The position numbers were made by a program, and so were the translations under genes. A stretch of 64,000 nucleotides of DNA from Escherichia phage REP8: the sequence record OQ174507.1; one strand, written 5' to 3'. Shown here one piece after another: positions 35,776 through 46,139 of the stretch. Numbering within the stretch: position 1 is the first letter of the stretch; every line of letters begins with the position of its first letter. The notes below the pieces were generated by a model. It was not told the origin of the DNA, searched no databases, and worked only from the letters and a program-made list of their open reading frames with translations.

Positions 35776-36105
35776 TTAATCTGCCAACCTTAAATTGAAA
35801 TTAACACCAAATTTTTCACATACTTCCAACATATACTCAAGGGAGACGTTACCAGTGAGATGGATTATGTTGGATACACGAGCCTGAGAGATACCACAAA
35901 TTTTAGCAACTTGCTCTTGAGAAAGACCTCTGGATTTAATCTCTCTCTTAAAACGATGTGCAACGAAGTCTCTCATTTCGTCTACATCCATTGGACAAAT
36001 ATAACTCTCCATTTCAGCCTCTCTGTCAGCCTCCCAATCATCTTGTGGAGCATAAGGGTCAAAAACCTCATTCATCTTTCTTCCTCCGTTTGCGTGGAGT
36101 GTCAA
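35776..36105 (-). CDS. HTH DNA-binding protein
   Basis: 109 aa; LSQEQVAKICGISQARVSNI helix-turn-helix. Confidence 0.45.
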   Translation of the reverse strand: MTLHANGGRKMNEVFDPYAPQDDWEADREAEMESYICPMDVDEMRDFVAHRFKREIKSRGLSQEQVAKICGISQARVSNIIHLTGNVSLEYMLEVCEKFGVNFNLRLAD

Positions 36106-36280
36106 TCAATGAATCTATGTTTGTAGCCCTAACCTTTTCACGTTCATCATTAAGATAATCATCAAGAGCCTTTTCAATCTGTGAATCATCTTGACAGATA
36201 ACTGTAAAGACTGTAAAGCCGTCTGTATCGTCAATTATCTTACCATAACCGCTTCTGGGATGTAACTTTTTAAGAGCCAT
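36068..36280 (-). CDS. hypothetical small protein
   Basis: 70 aa. Confidence 0.3.
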   Translation of the reverse strand: MALKKLHPRSGYGKIIDDTDGFTVFTVICQDDSQIEKALDDYLNDEREKVRATNIDSLIDTPRKRRKKDE

Positions 36281-36281
36281 A

Positions 36282-36665
36282 TCAAATACCTGTGCAGCTT
36301 CTGTTTTCTAAGAAATACTCCACACCGTACATAGCTTTTTGCATCAAATCTTCTTTAAACTGGATACGATGGTTGAGCATAGCCTGTACATCAATATCAT
36401 CATGGTGCTTCTCTTTAATATTTGCAGATTGCAGGAAATACTCTGCAAGAACACGATACTGATAGTCAGTCACCTTATCAGTCATCTCTGTTAAAGATTC
36501 TTCAGAGATTGGTTTAAGTAGCTCACCTTTGGATAAAGCAACACCTTTTACAATCTGGCAAGTGTCTTCTGGAACACCTGATAAGTTCACATTTGGTAGT
36601 TCTGTTGCACTAACTGGTGAACTTATTGCCATAACCATTGCAGCAGCTAATAGAATCTTTTTCAT
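36282..36665 (-). CDS. secreted/periplasmic small protein
   Basis: 127 aa; signal-peptide-like N-terminus MKKILLAAAMVMAISSPVSA. Confidence 0.4.
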   Translation of the reverse strand: MKKILLAAAMVMAISSPVSATELPNVNLSGVPEDTCQIVKGVALSKGELLKPISEESLTEMTDKVTDYQYRVLAEYFLQSANIKEKHHDDIDVQAMLNHRIQFKEDLMQKAMYGVEYFLENRSCTGI

Positions 36666-36755
36666 AATGACCTCAAAGTTATATTAAATTTTGTATTACG
36701 TTGAGTATAAAAATAAGCTATAACACCTGACTTGTCAACAGATTTTATAGCTTAT

Positions 36756-36876
36756 TTGGCAGATTTTTTATAAGGCTACTGCCATCCTTCCATACATTAC
36801 CTAACCAGACCAGACCTTACCTTACCAAACACCACCCCACCTCATTAAAAGACCCTCTTTAAAGACCTTTTAAAAA
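36756..36876 (+). repeat. intergenic repeated element, copy 1
   Basis: 46 bp core TTGGCAGATTTTTTATAAGGCTACTGCCATCCTTCCATACATTACC, then C/A-rich tract and AAAGACCCTCTTTAAAGACCTTTTAAAAA. Confidence 0.6.
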
Positions 36877-36896
36877 GGAGCCTCCGAAGAGGCTAC
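36866..36896 (-). terminator. rho-independent terminator (minus strand)
   Basis: AGCCTC-TTCG-GAGGCT followed by CCTTTTT on the minus strand, just after the stop of 36906..37346. Confidence 0.5.
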
Positions 36897-36905
36897 CTAG
36901 TCAAC

Positions 36906-37346
36906 TTAGAAAGGTTTTCTACGTTGCTTGTTAATATTAGCTTTCATAGCAGCTAAATGGTTTTGCTGTTCAATTAGTCGTGAACGTTCTTGGTGGCTAA
37001 GTGCCATAGTGTTCACATTCTCAATCGCTTGAGTGGCTTGCTTTAAAGCACGACCAATCTTACCAGACATTTTGCGTTTTGCAATAGTTGCTTGATGCTT
37101 AGGTTCAACCACACGATAACCAACACCCATTGAAGCAACCAGATAAATCTTCTCTTCTTTAAGAAGCTTCTCAATAAACTTCTCAAGCCGGTTTAGACGT
37201 GTAAGTGCATAAGCCTTCATTTCATCTTCGTACTTAACAATGTCACCTTGATAAGTTGGCTTCACAATACCTAAGAAGGTATCCATCTCAGAATGTGATA
37301 CAGTGTCACCGTAACTAAACTTTGCTGCTAATGCTTTTGTATTCAT
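36906..37346 (-). CDS. hypothetical protein
   Basis: 146 aa. Confidence 0.4.
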   Translation of the reverse strand: MNTKALAAKFSYGDTVSHSEMDTFLGIVKPTYQGDIVKYEDEMKAYALTRLNRLEKFIEKLLKEEKIYLVASMGVGYRVVEPKHQATIAKRKMSGKIGRALKQATQAIENVNTMALSHQERSRLIEQQNHLAAMKANINKQRRKPF

Positions 37347-37348
37347 AA

Positions 37349-37954
<606 letters not shown>

Positions 37955-38010
37955 TTAGTTGATTGTTAAGTTGTTTGTAAAGAACCCTCAACAGAAGACT
38001 CTTTAGAAAC

Positions 38011-38147
38011 TTGGCAGATTTTTTTATAAGGCTACTGCCATCCTTCCATACATTACCAAACAGTACCGTGCCACAACACACCATACCCAACTCCACCTAA
38101 CCCTACCACACCTTATTAAAAGACCCTCCTAAAGACCTTTTAAAAAA
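38011..38147 (+). repeat. intergenic repeated element, copy 2
   Basis: same core as copy 1 (one extra T in the T-run), followed by C/A-rich tracts and AAAGACCCTCCTAAAGACCTTTTAAAAA. Confidence 0.6.
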
Positions 38148-38346
38148 GTAAGTCTCATTTTAATGTAGCTGAGACTAACTACCCACACCAAACCTTACTT
38201 CACCGGACCCTACCACACCCTACCTAGCCTTGCATTACCGTACATCACTTAAAAACCCTCTTAGAAGACCCTTAAGTGATGCTGGTGAGTACCCGTTGGT
38301 TTATGCTGCTCAGTATACTCACCAAATTTTCTATGTCAACAACTTT

Positions 38347-39450
38347 TTATTCGTAGTCTCGAATAACTAACCCAACAGGGAACTGTAAAGAACCTTTACG
38401 AGTCATCTTCTGGAACTGAACCGTCAAAGGTTTCCCGATAAACTCTTCAGGATGTTCAGCAAGATACTGTTTCTTCTCATGAGTAGTCTTCCATGAGACA
38501 TCTACAAAGACGTTAGGAAGAGTCTCTACAACGAACTTGCCATGACCACGCTTATCAGTCTTTACACCAGTCACTTTAAACTCTTCAGTGTGCATCTTCT
38601 TGTGCTTAATCAAGAAGTATGAACGGTGACAGCACTCATAGAAGGAGTCTTCAGAGATTGAACGGTACATTGCACCTTCAAACTTAGCTTCAACCCACTT
38701 ATCATGAGCTTCATCAAACTCTTCCCAAGAATTTACACGACGAGACTTAACAGGGATAACTTTACAGCCATCTCTAAAGTCATTCAATGGTGAAGTCTCA
38801 ATAATATCTCTACGCTCAGGCCACGTCTTAGTACTGTCACAGATATCATACCAGTAAAACTTGAGCAAGTGTCTGTCAGGATTGTCTTCATTTTTAATCA
38901 TGGAGACGATATCTTCTAAGTCCCACCCATGAGCATAAATCTCTCCATCAAATTCATCAACATCTTTGTGGAGCCTTAACATTGCCATAATGTCAGGTAT
39001 TAGTTCAGTAGGTATTTTGTAAACAGTATTCTCACGAGAATATGCTGTAAATACACTGCCAATGCTTAAGTGCCTTGAAATCCTACAACGGACACCATCA
39101 AGTTTCGGTTGAGCATCAGCAGGGAACTTCAGATACTTTGCATGGCTAACCTTTGCAGCATCATGAGCAAGTTGTACACCTACCTTCTCAGTATTCTGTG
39201 CAGACTCTTTTGTGTAAGCATAACCTTTGCGGTCAACTTGCTTTTTATACTTAGCAGCAACTTCAAAGAGAGCTTGCTGTTCAGCATTACGCTCATTCTT
39301 TTTACCGATGTTTTTCGGTTCTGCTGTATACTCTTCAAACATCATCTTGCCATTTTCTTTACCGTAGGTTGTAATAACTTTGTCACCTACAGCAACGCAT
39401 GACCAGACGTTAAAAGAGCCATCTTTATTTTGTTTGTATAGAATTGTCAT
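38347..39450 (-). CDS. ATP-dependent DNA ligase
   Basis: 367 aa; KLDGVRC matches ligase motif I (KxDG). Confidence 0.65.
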   Translation of the reverse strand: MTILYKQNKDGSFNVWSCVAVGDKVITTYGKENGKMMFEEYTAEPKNIGKKNERNAEQQALFEVAAKYKKQVDRKGYAYTKESAQNTEKVGVQLAHDAAKVSHAKYLKFPADAQPKLDGVRCRISRHLSIGSVFTAYSRENTVYKIPTELIPDIMAMLRLHKDVDEFDGEIYAHGWDLEDIVSMIKNEDNPDRHLLKFYWYDICDSTKTWPERRDIIETSPLNDFRDGCKVIPVKSRRVNSWEEFDEAHDKWVEAKFEGAMYRSISEDSFYECCHRSYFLIKHKKMHTEEFKVTGVKTDKRGHGKFVVETLPNVFVDVSWKTTHEKKQYLAEHPEEFIGKPLTVQFQKMTRKGSLQFPVGLVIRDYE

Positions 39451-39653
39451 TTTCTCTTACCACCAATCTCTACGTCAATCACTTGAACATCACCAGCAAC
39501 ATCAAACTTATGAATGATGCTTTCCACAGTGTAAGTCCAACCCTCGATTCGAACCAACTCACCTTCTCGTGGGACGATTGGGTTACGTTGAGCTACGGTT
39601 GTAGTGGAGTGAGCAACATCATAACAGTAGATATAGTTTACTAGGACTTGCAT
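39447..39653 (-). CDS. hypothetical small protein
   Basis: 68 aa. Confidence 0.3.
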   Translation of the reverse strand: MQVLVNYIYCYDVAHSTTTVAQRNPIVPREGELVRIEGWTYTVESIIHKFDVAGDVQVIDVEIGGKRK

Positions 39654-39662
39654 ATCTTTCCC

Positions 39663-39896
39663 TTAAAAGGATAAGTCAATATCAATACGTTCACCCTTAA
39701 GGACTCCAGTGCGGTCTCTTGCAATCTTGCCGTCAACAATAAGGATATGCGCAGACCTTAAAGATTCACTATTAAAACCTTTTACGAACTTGCTAGGCAT
39801 AACCACAATAAGCATCTCTTGAATCAACTCTGGGGTGTAGCAGTTGTCGTGAAGTTGCTGAATAACGTCTGAAAGTGTCATTTTTGGTGTCTCCAA
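39663..39896 (-). CDS. hypothetical small protein
   Basis: 77 aa. Confidence 0.3.
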   Translation of the reverse strand: METPKMTLSDVIQQLHDNCYTPELIQEMLIVVMPSKFVKGFNSESLRSAHILIVDGKIARDRTGVLKGERIDIDLSF

Positions 39897-40087
39897 TACT
39901 CAATATCTACAAGTTCTTGTGCAATGCTTTTAAGGTTACCTTTCAAGAAAACCTTCTCAGAACCTGAAAGAGATGAATTGTCAATTAACCTGTTCATTCT
40001 CTCAAACAACTTCTGCTTACGGTTCTTGATAGTTTCATTTGAAGCACCTTTCATCATCGCTGCATGGGTTCTTCCACGGTGGCTCAT
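39878..40087 (-). CDS. hypothetical small protein
   Basis: 69 aa. Confidence 0.3.
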   Translation of the reverse strand: MSHRGRTHAAMMKGASNETIKNRKQKLFERMNRLIDNSSLSGSEKVFLKGNLKSIAQELVDIEYWRHQK

Positions 40088-40138
40088 AAGCCCTCCTATA
40101 CAAGATATTGTATAAGGTACTCTTCCATGAGCACCTTG

Positions 40139-40675
40139 TCAACTTAGTTTTGCAAACTCTCCGTGGAGTTTCATAGCAGCTTCACAGTAAGCTTTATGGG
40201 CTTCTTCAGGGGTGTCATGGTGACCTAAAAACATCTTCTTACCTTTATAACTTATCTGTGCGACCCACTTACCAGACTTCTTCTTAAGACTTACACCCTT
40301 GTACCCAGATTTATTGGTGACTGGTTTGCCTTTATTCCAAGCACTTTGAAAGTCATCTGCTTCCCTTAAGTTTACAATCCTGTTGTCAAGTGAGTCTCCG
40401 TTGATATGGTCAATGATACCTTTTGGCATCTTGCCATACACGTAAAGCCATGCGAGTCTGTGTGCTTTATGTGCTTTCTTGTCAAAATAGATACTAATCT
40501 GTTTATGACCACTTGAATCAGTCTGGATATTACCTGCCACCTTTCCTGCATAATTACTGTTAAAAACACTAACAGCTCTTGATTTACCTTCTCTGCGAAG
40601 CCAAGTAAAGACCCCTGTTTCGGGGTCATAGTGTAGTAGCTCCTTTAAACGTTTTTGTGAAATAAAATCCATCAA
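40139..40675 (-). CDS. HNH homing endonuclease with AP2 DNA-binding domain
   Basis: HRLAWLYVYG...GIIDHINGDSLDNRIVNLREA (HNH) followed by GYKGVSLKKKSGKWVAQISYKGKKMFLGHHDTPEEAHKAY (AP2-like); directly adjoins polymerase exon 2. Confidence 0.7.
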   Translation of the reverse strand: MMDFISQKRLKELLHYDPETGVFTWLRREGKSRAVSVFNSNYAGKVAGNIQTDSSGHKQISIYFDKKAHKAHRLAWLYVYGKMPKGIIDHINGDSLDNRIVNLREADDFQSAWNKGKPVTNKSGYKGVSLKKKSGKWVAQISYKGKKMFLGHHDTPEEAHKAYCEAAMKLHGEFAKLS

Positions 40676-41232
40676 TCAATGTACCTCATACCAACTCTTA
40701 CCAACCTTTGCTGTACCAGTTACAAGTGTTTCTTTCTTCAAACCTAAGTTTTTTGAAGCTTGCCCATACATCCAGTCAGCAATTGCTTTCATATCATGTG
40801 TCATATTCTCTGGGCATTCCCAACTATTTTCGTCGTGATATGCCAGAAGTAGTCTTGCTCCGATAGCTGGTTTTCGAGCATTCAGTTTTGTCAGGCCATC
40901 TTCACAGGCTTTTCTTGCTGCTAGGTTGATGGCCTCATTCTGAATCTGTGCTTCCGAACTCATCAGGAGGTAGTTCAGTAGTTTATGTGGAGATTTGCAC
41001 CATATCCATGCTCCAGCGACCCTGATATAACCACCCTTAGCAATTGAAGAATTCTTCCCAAAAACCTCTTCCAGAGCCTTTTTAGACGCCTTAAAATCGG
41101 CTTCTAAGCTATCAAGTAAACTCTTAATCTTCGGTAGACGCATATAGTAAGTCTGCTTAGTCAATGCACCTTCCTCTGTAGAAGCTGCCTTAATGGTTTT
41201 GGCAAACTTCTCATCACCTGCACCGAACAATA
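40676..41232 (-). CDS. DNA polymerase (family A, T7-like), exon 2
   Basis: LFGAGDEK matches pol A motif B (T7: FLYGAGDEK); LLLAYHDE matches motif C. Confidence 0.65.
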
Positions 41233-41500
41233 CATCTGGTCAATACACTCGCAAGGTGTACCAGTTCTCTTATGAACTTCTCCGCATTTCTACGGAGTGT
41301 CGGACTATATCACGTAGTAGTAATACTACCGTTGCACTTGGGAATGGTCATTAGCTTACCACCCTACTCTACTCAGTTCATACATTAAGTATGCTTTTCG
41401 ATAGTCTCTGAACGTTCCTCTCAAGAGGCTTCGCTGCTGATTACCGTATCTTCTCAGACTTAGGCTTCCAGCAATTCACAACGTTTTACATGCGCCACTG
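41233..41500 (-). ncRNA. group I intron in the DNA polymerase gene
   Basis: 268 nt; exon ends ATGCGT and intron nt 6-11 GCGCAT form P1; GTTCAGAGACTA (R) and GATATAGTCC (S); last nt G; opens with a stop in frame; no ORF inside. Confidence 0.6.
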
Positions 41501-43673
41501 ACGCATAAATGCCATTTTTGGCTTTCTTACGACCTTTTGTAATCTCGTGGAGAAGTTCCTCATCCTGTGTCTCCCTGCAACGAACAATATCCTCTTCTTT
41601 GTTAAGACCAAAGTAAATACTGTTCAGTGTATGCGCATCAGTCCCTGTGTAGACTTCATAGAGGTCGTTCTCAGCATCATAACGAAGATACTTATCAGTT
41701 TCTGGATTAAGATACTTATCGAGATGCTTGCAATAGTATCTGCCATCTTCTTGCTTAGTGAACTCTACTGACTCTTTACCCTCAGTTACCGCTTTGGTGA
41801 ACTCTTTATCACCCATAAAGTTACAAAGAAGAACAAGCTGTGCAGAGTTCTGGTCAACTGAAACGATATTAGTCCCTTCCTCGCAAATCCAAACCTCCCT
41901 CATAGGCGCTCCATAGACAGCAGCACCAGACGGTACGTTTACAATACCATATTGTGTCATACGTCCAGTTGAAGTACCAAACACCATTGCACCAGCACTA
42001 AGGCGACCATCAGGACGAATCTGGTTCAACCAACCTTTTTCATCATCCTTTGAGTTCTCAATAGTTCTGCGTCGGTGCATCAAAGTATAGTACTTAGCAA
42101 TCTTCTGTCCAAGCTCACCTTCAATCGTGTCATAAGATGATTCAGTAAGTTTTGGTGAAGTACGGATTAAGCAAGGCTCAAGCAAATCTGTGTATTTCTT
42201 CACAGACCAGTTATGTTCAATGTACTGTACACCTTCATGCTCAACATAGCTCAAACCACACCGCTCAACCATTTCCTGCCACTTAGGATGCTTTGTAATC
42301 ATCTTTTTATTGTCTTTGAAACGACAAACTTTAACAGGGCGACCATCTGAGTCTTTCTTGTAGTTCCAGTCATCTGGAATCCAACCAACTGATTTCAAGT
42401 AGTCTTTAACAACTGCTACCTGAGTCATACGAGAAACTTCAAACTCAATTGGTGTATACGGTGCATCAATCAAACCTGTGTAGCGACTCGACTCAAGCTC
42501 AAAGTGGTTAACAACGTGGCTGTTATAGTACTTCACAGTTTTGACTGTTTTTACTGGCTTCCAGTCTTTGCATTTCTTACCAATCTTTGCGTTCAACTCA
42601 TTGCAAATTGCACGAGCATCCTTCATTGCTACAAAACCTTCTTTGTACTCTTCACCAGTTACAGAGTTGGTTGGTGTATAGCAATTCCGCTTTTCAATGT
42701 TAAAAATCTTTGTAGTTGGCTTACCAAATGGCTTGATTTCATATGTCTGCATCTCACCGTTACGTACCTGTTGACGATACTTTGTCTTAGGGTACTTGGT
42801 AATTCTCTTCAGTCCATCTGCATGACCAAATGCTTCAACATACTCATTCCAAGCTTTTGCAAACTCTTCTCCAGTGACTTTACCTTTGGTCTTAATAGTT
42901 GGAGGTAGATGTGGTTCAACCTCTGAAGCAAGCTCATTAGTCAACTTGTCAAGTTCCTTTACATGGAACTCCATAAGTTCTTTATCAGCTTTCCAGCCAT
43001 TGATAGCTTGTTGACTCATCCAGAAAGATGTTTCTTTAGCTCGCATGTAGGTTTCATAGGTGTCTACGCCACACTTCTTTAGCTTCAGATATTCATTATC
43101 CAATGCACGTTTAGTTTTGGCGTTGATACGGATATCTTCTACAACACGAGTGAAGATTTCTGCATTCCACACACCCCAATGTTCAATCTCTGGTTTACGA
43201 ACACCAACACGAGCACCCCATGCAGCCAAGCCATGAGCACCTTTATAACCCTTTGGAGTTGGCCTATCCATCCACTGAACACGAGACTGGATAAGAGAAT
43301 CCTGAAAGAAATTACTCCACGGTTTACACTTTGGATTATCAAAGTTCCATAAATCAGGTGCAATGTGATTGAAAACCCACCAGTCATAACCGAGACCGTT
43401 ATGGATGCAAAGACGTTTTGCCTTTAACGCAAATTCAACACCTTCACGTAAACCACCCTTGATGTACTTAGTGTACTTGTGACCGAGGATAGGTTCATCT
43501 GTAAAGACCCATACAGGTGGCTCTTCATCGTCAGATTTATAGTCTGCGAAAGCCATTACGTGCACTTTAGTGAACTCAAGAAGTAAACCATCAGTTTCTG
43601 TATCACCAACTAAATGTAAGTTTTTAAAATCTACGTTTTCCATTTTTACTCCCTCTAAAATCATTAACCTCAT
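41501..43673 (-). CDS. DNA polymerase (family A, T7-like), exon 1
   Basis: N-terminal exonuclease motif LVGDTETDGL; ends ...RKKAKNGIYA in the middle of motif B. Confidence 0.65.
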
Positions 43674-43702
43674 ACATTACTGCAAAAAATTATAAAAAGC
43701 AA

Positions 43703-43727
43703 GTTGACAATGTACTTGACAAGGTGT
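43703..43727 (+). promoter_or_regulatory. conserved promoter-like block with tandem TTGACA boxes (copy 2)
   Basis: GTTGACAATGTACTTGACAAGGTGT; in the divergent region between polymerase and 43901. Confidence 0.45.
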
Positions 43728-43900
43728 TAATCTTTGCGAAGTGGGTTTTTACTTAAAAGGTTACTTAACAGTTTAACTATACAGATACTTTAAAACTCTT
43801 AAAAGATTATTTAATAGCTTTTAAAAAGCTTTAAAGTATAACGTATAGAATACGTTAAGATAAAAGATTAAAACTTAATAGTTACTTAAAAGAGGCTTAC

Positions 43901-44323
43901 ATGCAGAAAATGTTTGTTCACCCAGACATAGCTGACTTTGTTAGGGCTTTGCAGAAGTTGGAAGAACTTGACATTGCTGCTCAACGGGAATATGCTCACC
44001 ATCACAGGAGAATGGTTGATATACAACATGAAATAGAGTTGTCTGAAAACTATGAAGATGACTTAAAATGCTCTGTATTTGAGCATATGAAAGATGTTGC
44101 TACAGCGAGACGTAAAGCTAAAGACACAGTTGCTTTACTAGATTCTCTTAAAAAGAGGTTGCAAAGTGGTACAGACCTGTGTAATCTAGCGTCACTGATT
44201 AACGATGTTGAAACTTCTTGGGATAGACATTACTATCCACGTTCTGAAAAGACACTTGACTTTTCTTCATCAGAAAACTTAAAATGCTCTAGAAAGAAAC
44301 TTAACCAACTGAGAGAGAAATAA
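43901..44323 (+). CDS. hypothetical protein
   Basis: 140 aa. Confidence 0.4.
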   Translation: MQKMFVHPDIADFVRALQKLEELDIAAQREYAHHHRRMVDIQHEIELSENYEDDLKCSVFEHMKDVATARRKAKDTVALLDSLKKRLQSGTDLCNLASLINDVETSWDRHYYPRSEKTLDFSSSENLKCSRKKLNQLREK

Positions 44324-44324
44324 T

Positions 44325-45125
44325 ATGAACACTACTGTAGACCAAATACTTAAAGAAAAAGGTATTGACGAAGCATTCTTAATCAATGCCGTAGAAAGCA
44401 TGGCTATGATTCTTCGTGGAAACAACTACACAGAACAGTTTATGCCTGCAAGCTATAACTTGCCTAAAGACAAGTCTGATAACGGTGCTTTTGCAGAACA
44501 GGTTAATATGATGCTGTGTGACAAAACACTTGCTTTAGCATCTATCGTTGTAGGTGTTGATGCTCTTGCAGAGTTCATTTTTTATGAGATGCAGAAAAAT
44601 GACTATATTGCAATGACCTCTGAAGAAAAAGACTCGTTACTGCTCTTAGGCTATGATGAGCTAGTTAACCTATTAATTTCGTCAACGAGTGCTGTTATGG
44701 CTGCTCTTGAGAAGCGCATGGAAGAGAAGCTGTCACGATATGAAAAACTTGATTGGGGCGTAGAAGAGTTAAACCCACGAATCAAAGAGATTATCCAGCA
44801 AACTAAAGACTCTTTAGCAGAAGCTGTGAAAGATGACTCTGTAGCTGATGTAGAACCACTACAGGTGAAAGTTGCATTGATGATTCCAGCTATCTCTACG
44901 ATGATGAATATCGTTGCACTAATCCAACTTTCACAGATGATGGGTACAAGCATTGAGTTCATTGAGAGTATGACTGGTGGTGTGAGTATGCAAGCAATCA
45001 ATGATGTTTTGGTAAGCATCGGTGCTTCAATCATTGAAGAGAAGCTTCGCATTAACTTCGGCGATGATTTTGTGAAGCAAATCTCAGCTATGGCTGAAAA
45101 AGAGTATACTGACCAACTGCACTAA
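44325..45125 (+). CDS. hypothetical protein
   Basis: 266 aa; terminator downstream. Confidence 0.4.
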   Translation: MNTTVDQILKEKGIDEAFLINAVESMAMILRGNNYTEQFMPASYNLPKDKSDNGAFAEQVNMMLCDKTLALASIVVGVDALAEFIFYEMQKNDYIAMTSEEKDSLLLLGYDELVNLLISSTSAVMAALEKRMEEKLSRYEKLDWGVEELNPRIKEIIQQTKDSLAEAVKDDSVADVEPLQVKVALMIPAISTMMNIVALIQLSQMMGTSIEFIESMTGGVSMQAINDVLVSIGASIIEEKLRINFGDDFVKQISAMAEKEYTDQLH

Positions 45126-45143
45126 GTCTTTATAAATCTCACA

Positions 45144-45167
45144 AGCCTCCTTAGTTGGGGGCTTTTT
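45144..45167 (+). terminator. rho-independent terminator
   Basis: AGCCTCC-TTAGTT-GGGGGCT followed by TTTTT. Confidence 0.5.
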
Positions 45168-45186
45168 AGTAATTAAGGAATATAAA

Positions 45187-45930
45187 ATGAGTAGTATTGT
45201 TGCATTTACTGGAAAGGCACGTTCTGGAAAAGACACCTCATGTTCTATTGTGAAGAACATCTTAGAGGATGAATACGGCTATAATGTTGCTGTAATGGCC
45301 TATGCAGACAACCTTAAGCTATCTGCATCAAAGATATTTGACCTGACTTGGAATGACCTGTATGGTGAAACTAAAGAGACTCCACAGGTTTTTGATTTAT
45401 CATATCCTGAACTGATGTTCAAAGTTACAGAAGCTATGGAGTTCACCTTCAAAGGTGAACGTTACCATACGGACTTTAAACTTATGTCAGAGTTAACCGG
45501 ACGATTAATCATGGAACTTAAGAAGGTTGCTAAACCGACTCTATTAACACGTCTGGGATTTAGTAAAAAGTATAAATTCTCATCAAGACAAATTCAACAG
45601 ATTTGGGGCACTGAAGTTATCCGTAAAGTTCTGGGTGACAAGTTCTGGGCTAAAGACCTCGAAAAACGAATGGTAAATTTCTTTGATGTTTGCTCGCTTA
45701 GAAATCAAGAAGGTGTTGTTTTAATCAGTGATTTAAGATTTGACTCTGAAGCTGAGTGGCTGAGTAGATTTGCACACCAAACCATTGAAGTAAAAAGAGA
45801 CAATGTGGACAAAGTTTCATCACATGTTTCAGAAAATGGGATTTCTACAAAATATGAGCGTGACATTATTCATAATAATGGTACTCTTGCAGACCTTGAG
45901 AGCAAGCTAAGAGCTATCCTGAAAATTTAA
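45187..45930 (+). CDS. deoxynucleoside monophosphate kinase-like protein
   Basis: 247 aa; N-terminal P-loop FTGKARSGKDT resembles T4 gp1 dNMP kinase. Confidence 0.5.
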   Translation: MSSIVAFTGKARSGKDTSCSIVKNILEDEYGYNVAVMAYADNLKLSASKIFDLTWNDLYGETKETPQVFDLSYPELMFKVTEAMEFTFKGERYHTDFKLMSELTGRLIMELKKVAKPTLLTRLGFSKKYKFSSRQIQQIWGTEVIRKVLGDKFWAKDLEKRMVNFFDVCSLRNQEGVVLISDLRFDSEAEWLSRFAHQTIEVKRDNVDKVSSHVSENGISTKYERDIIHNNGTLADLESKLRAILKI

Positions 45931-45938
45931 AAGAGAGA

Positions 45939-46139
45939 ATGAAGATGAGAGTAAAAGATAATTTTAAGGTTATTGACCATCGTTTAGTGGAACTCTCATC
46001 TCTTTCCAATGAGGTAATGATTGAACGTCTTAAGAGAGTTGAATCACGAAGGAAAGAGATTGCAGATGAAATTCATGAACTGGACAAGATTGAAAATGGA
46101 TTGAAGGCAGAACTACAACGAAGAGGTGCTAATGTCTAA
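45939..46139 (+). CDS. hypothetical small protein
   Basis: 66 aa. Confidence 0.3.
   Translation: MKMRVKDNFKVIDHRLVELSSLSNEVMIERLKRVESRRKEIADEIHELDKIENGLKAELQRRGANV

Noticed and set aside
36756-36801. Sigma54 promoter in the TTGGCAG..GGC repeat core
   Set aside because: Spacing between the GG and GC elements does not fit the -24/-12 consensus, and the only downstream genes are on the opposite strand.
38284-38329. Terminator after the DNA ligase gene
   Set aside because: A 9 bp inverted repeat (TGGTGAGTA/TACTCACCA) is present, but the loop is ~28 nt and there is no T-run on the minus strand, so it is not a classical intrinsic terminator.
40676-43673. Polymerase as two separately translated subunits (split gene without intron)
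   Set aside because: The 268 nt gap carries P1 pairing, R and S core elements and a terminal G, and the in-frame junction restores motif B; a group I intron explains it better, though only RNA data can settle it.
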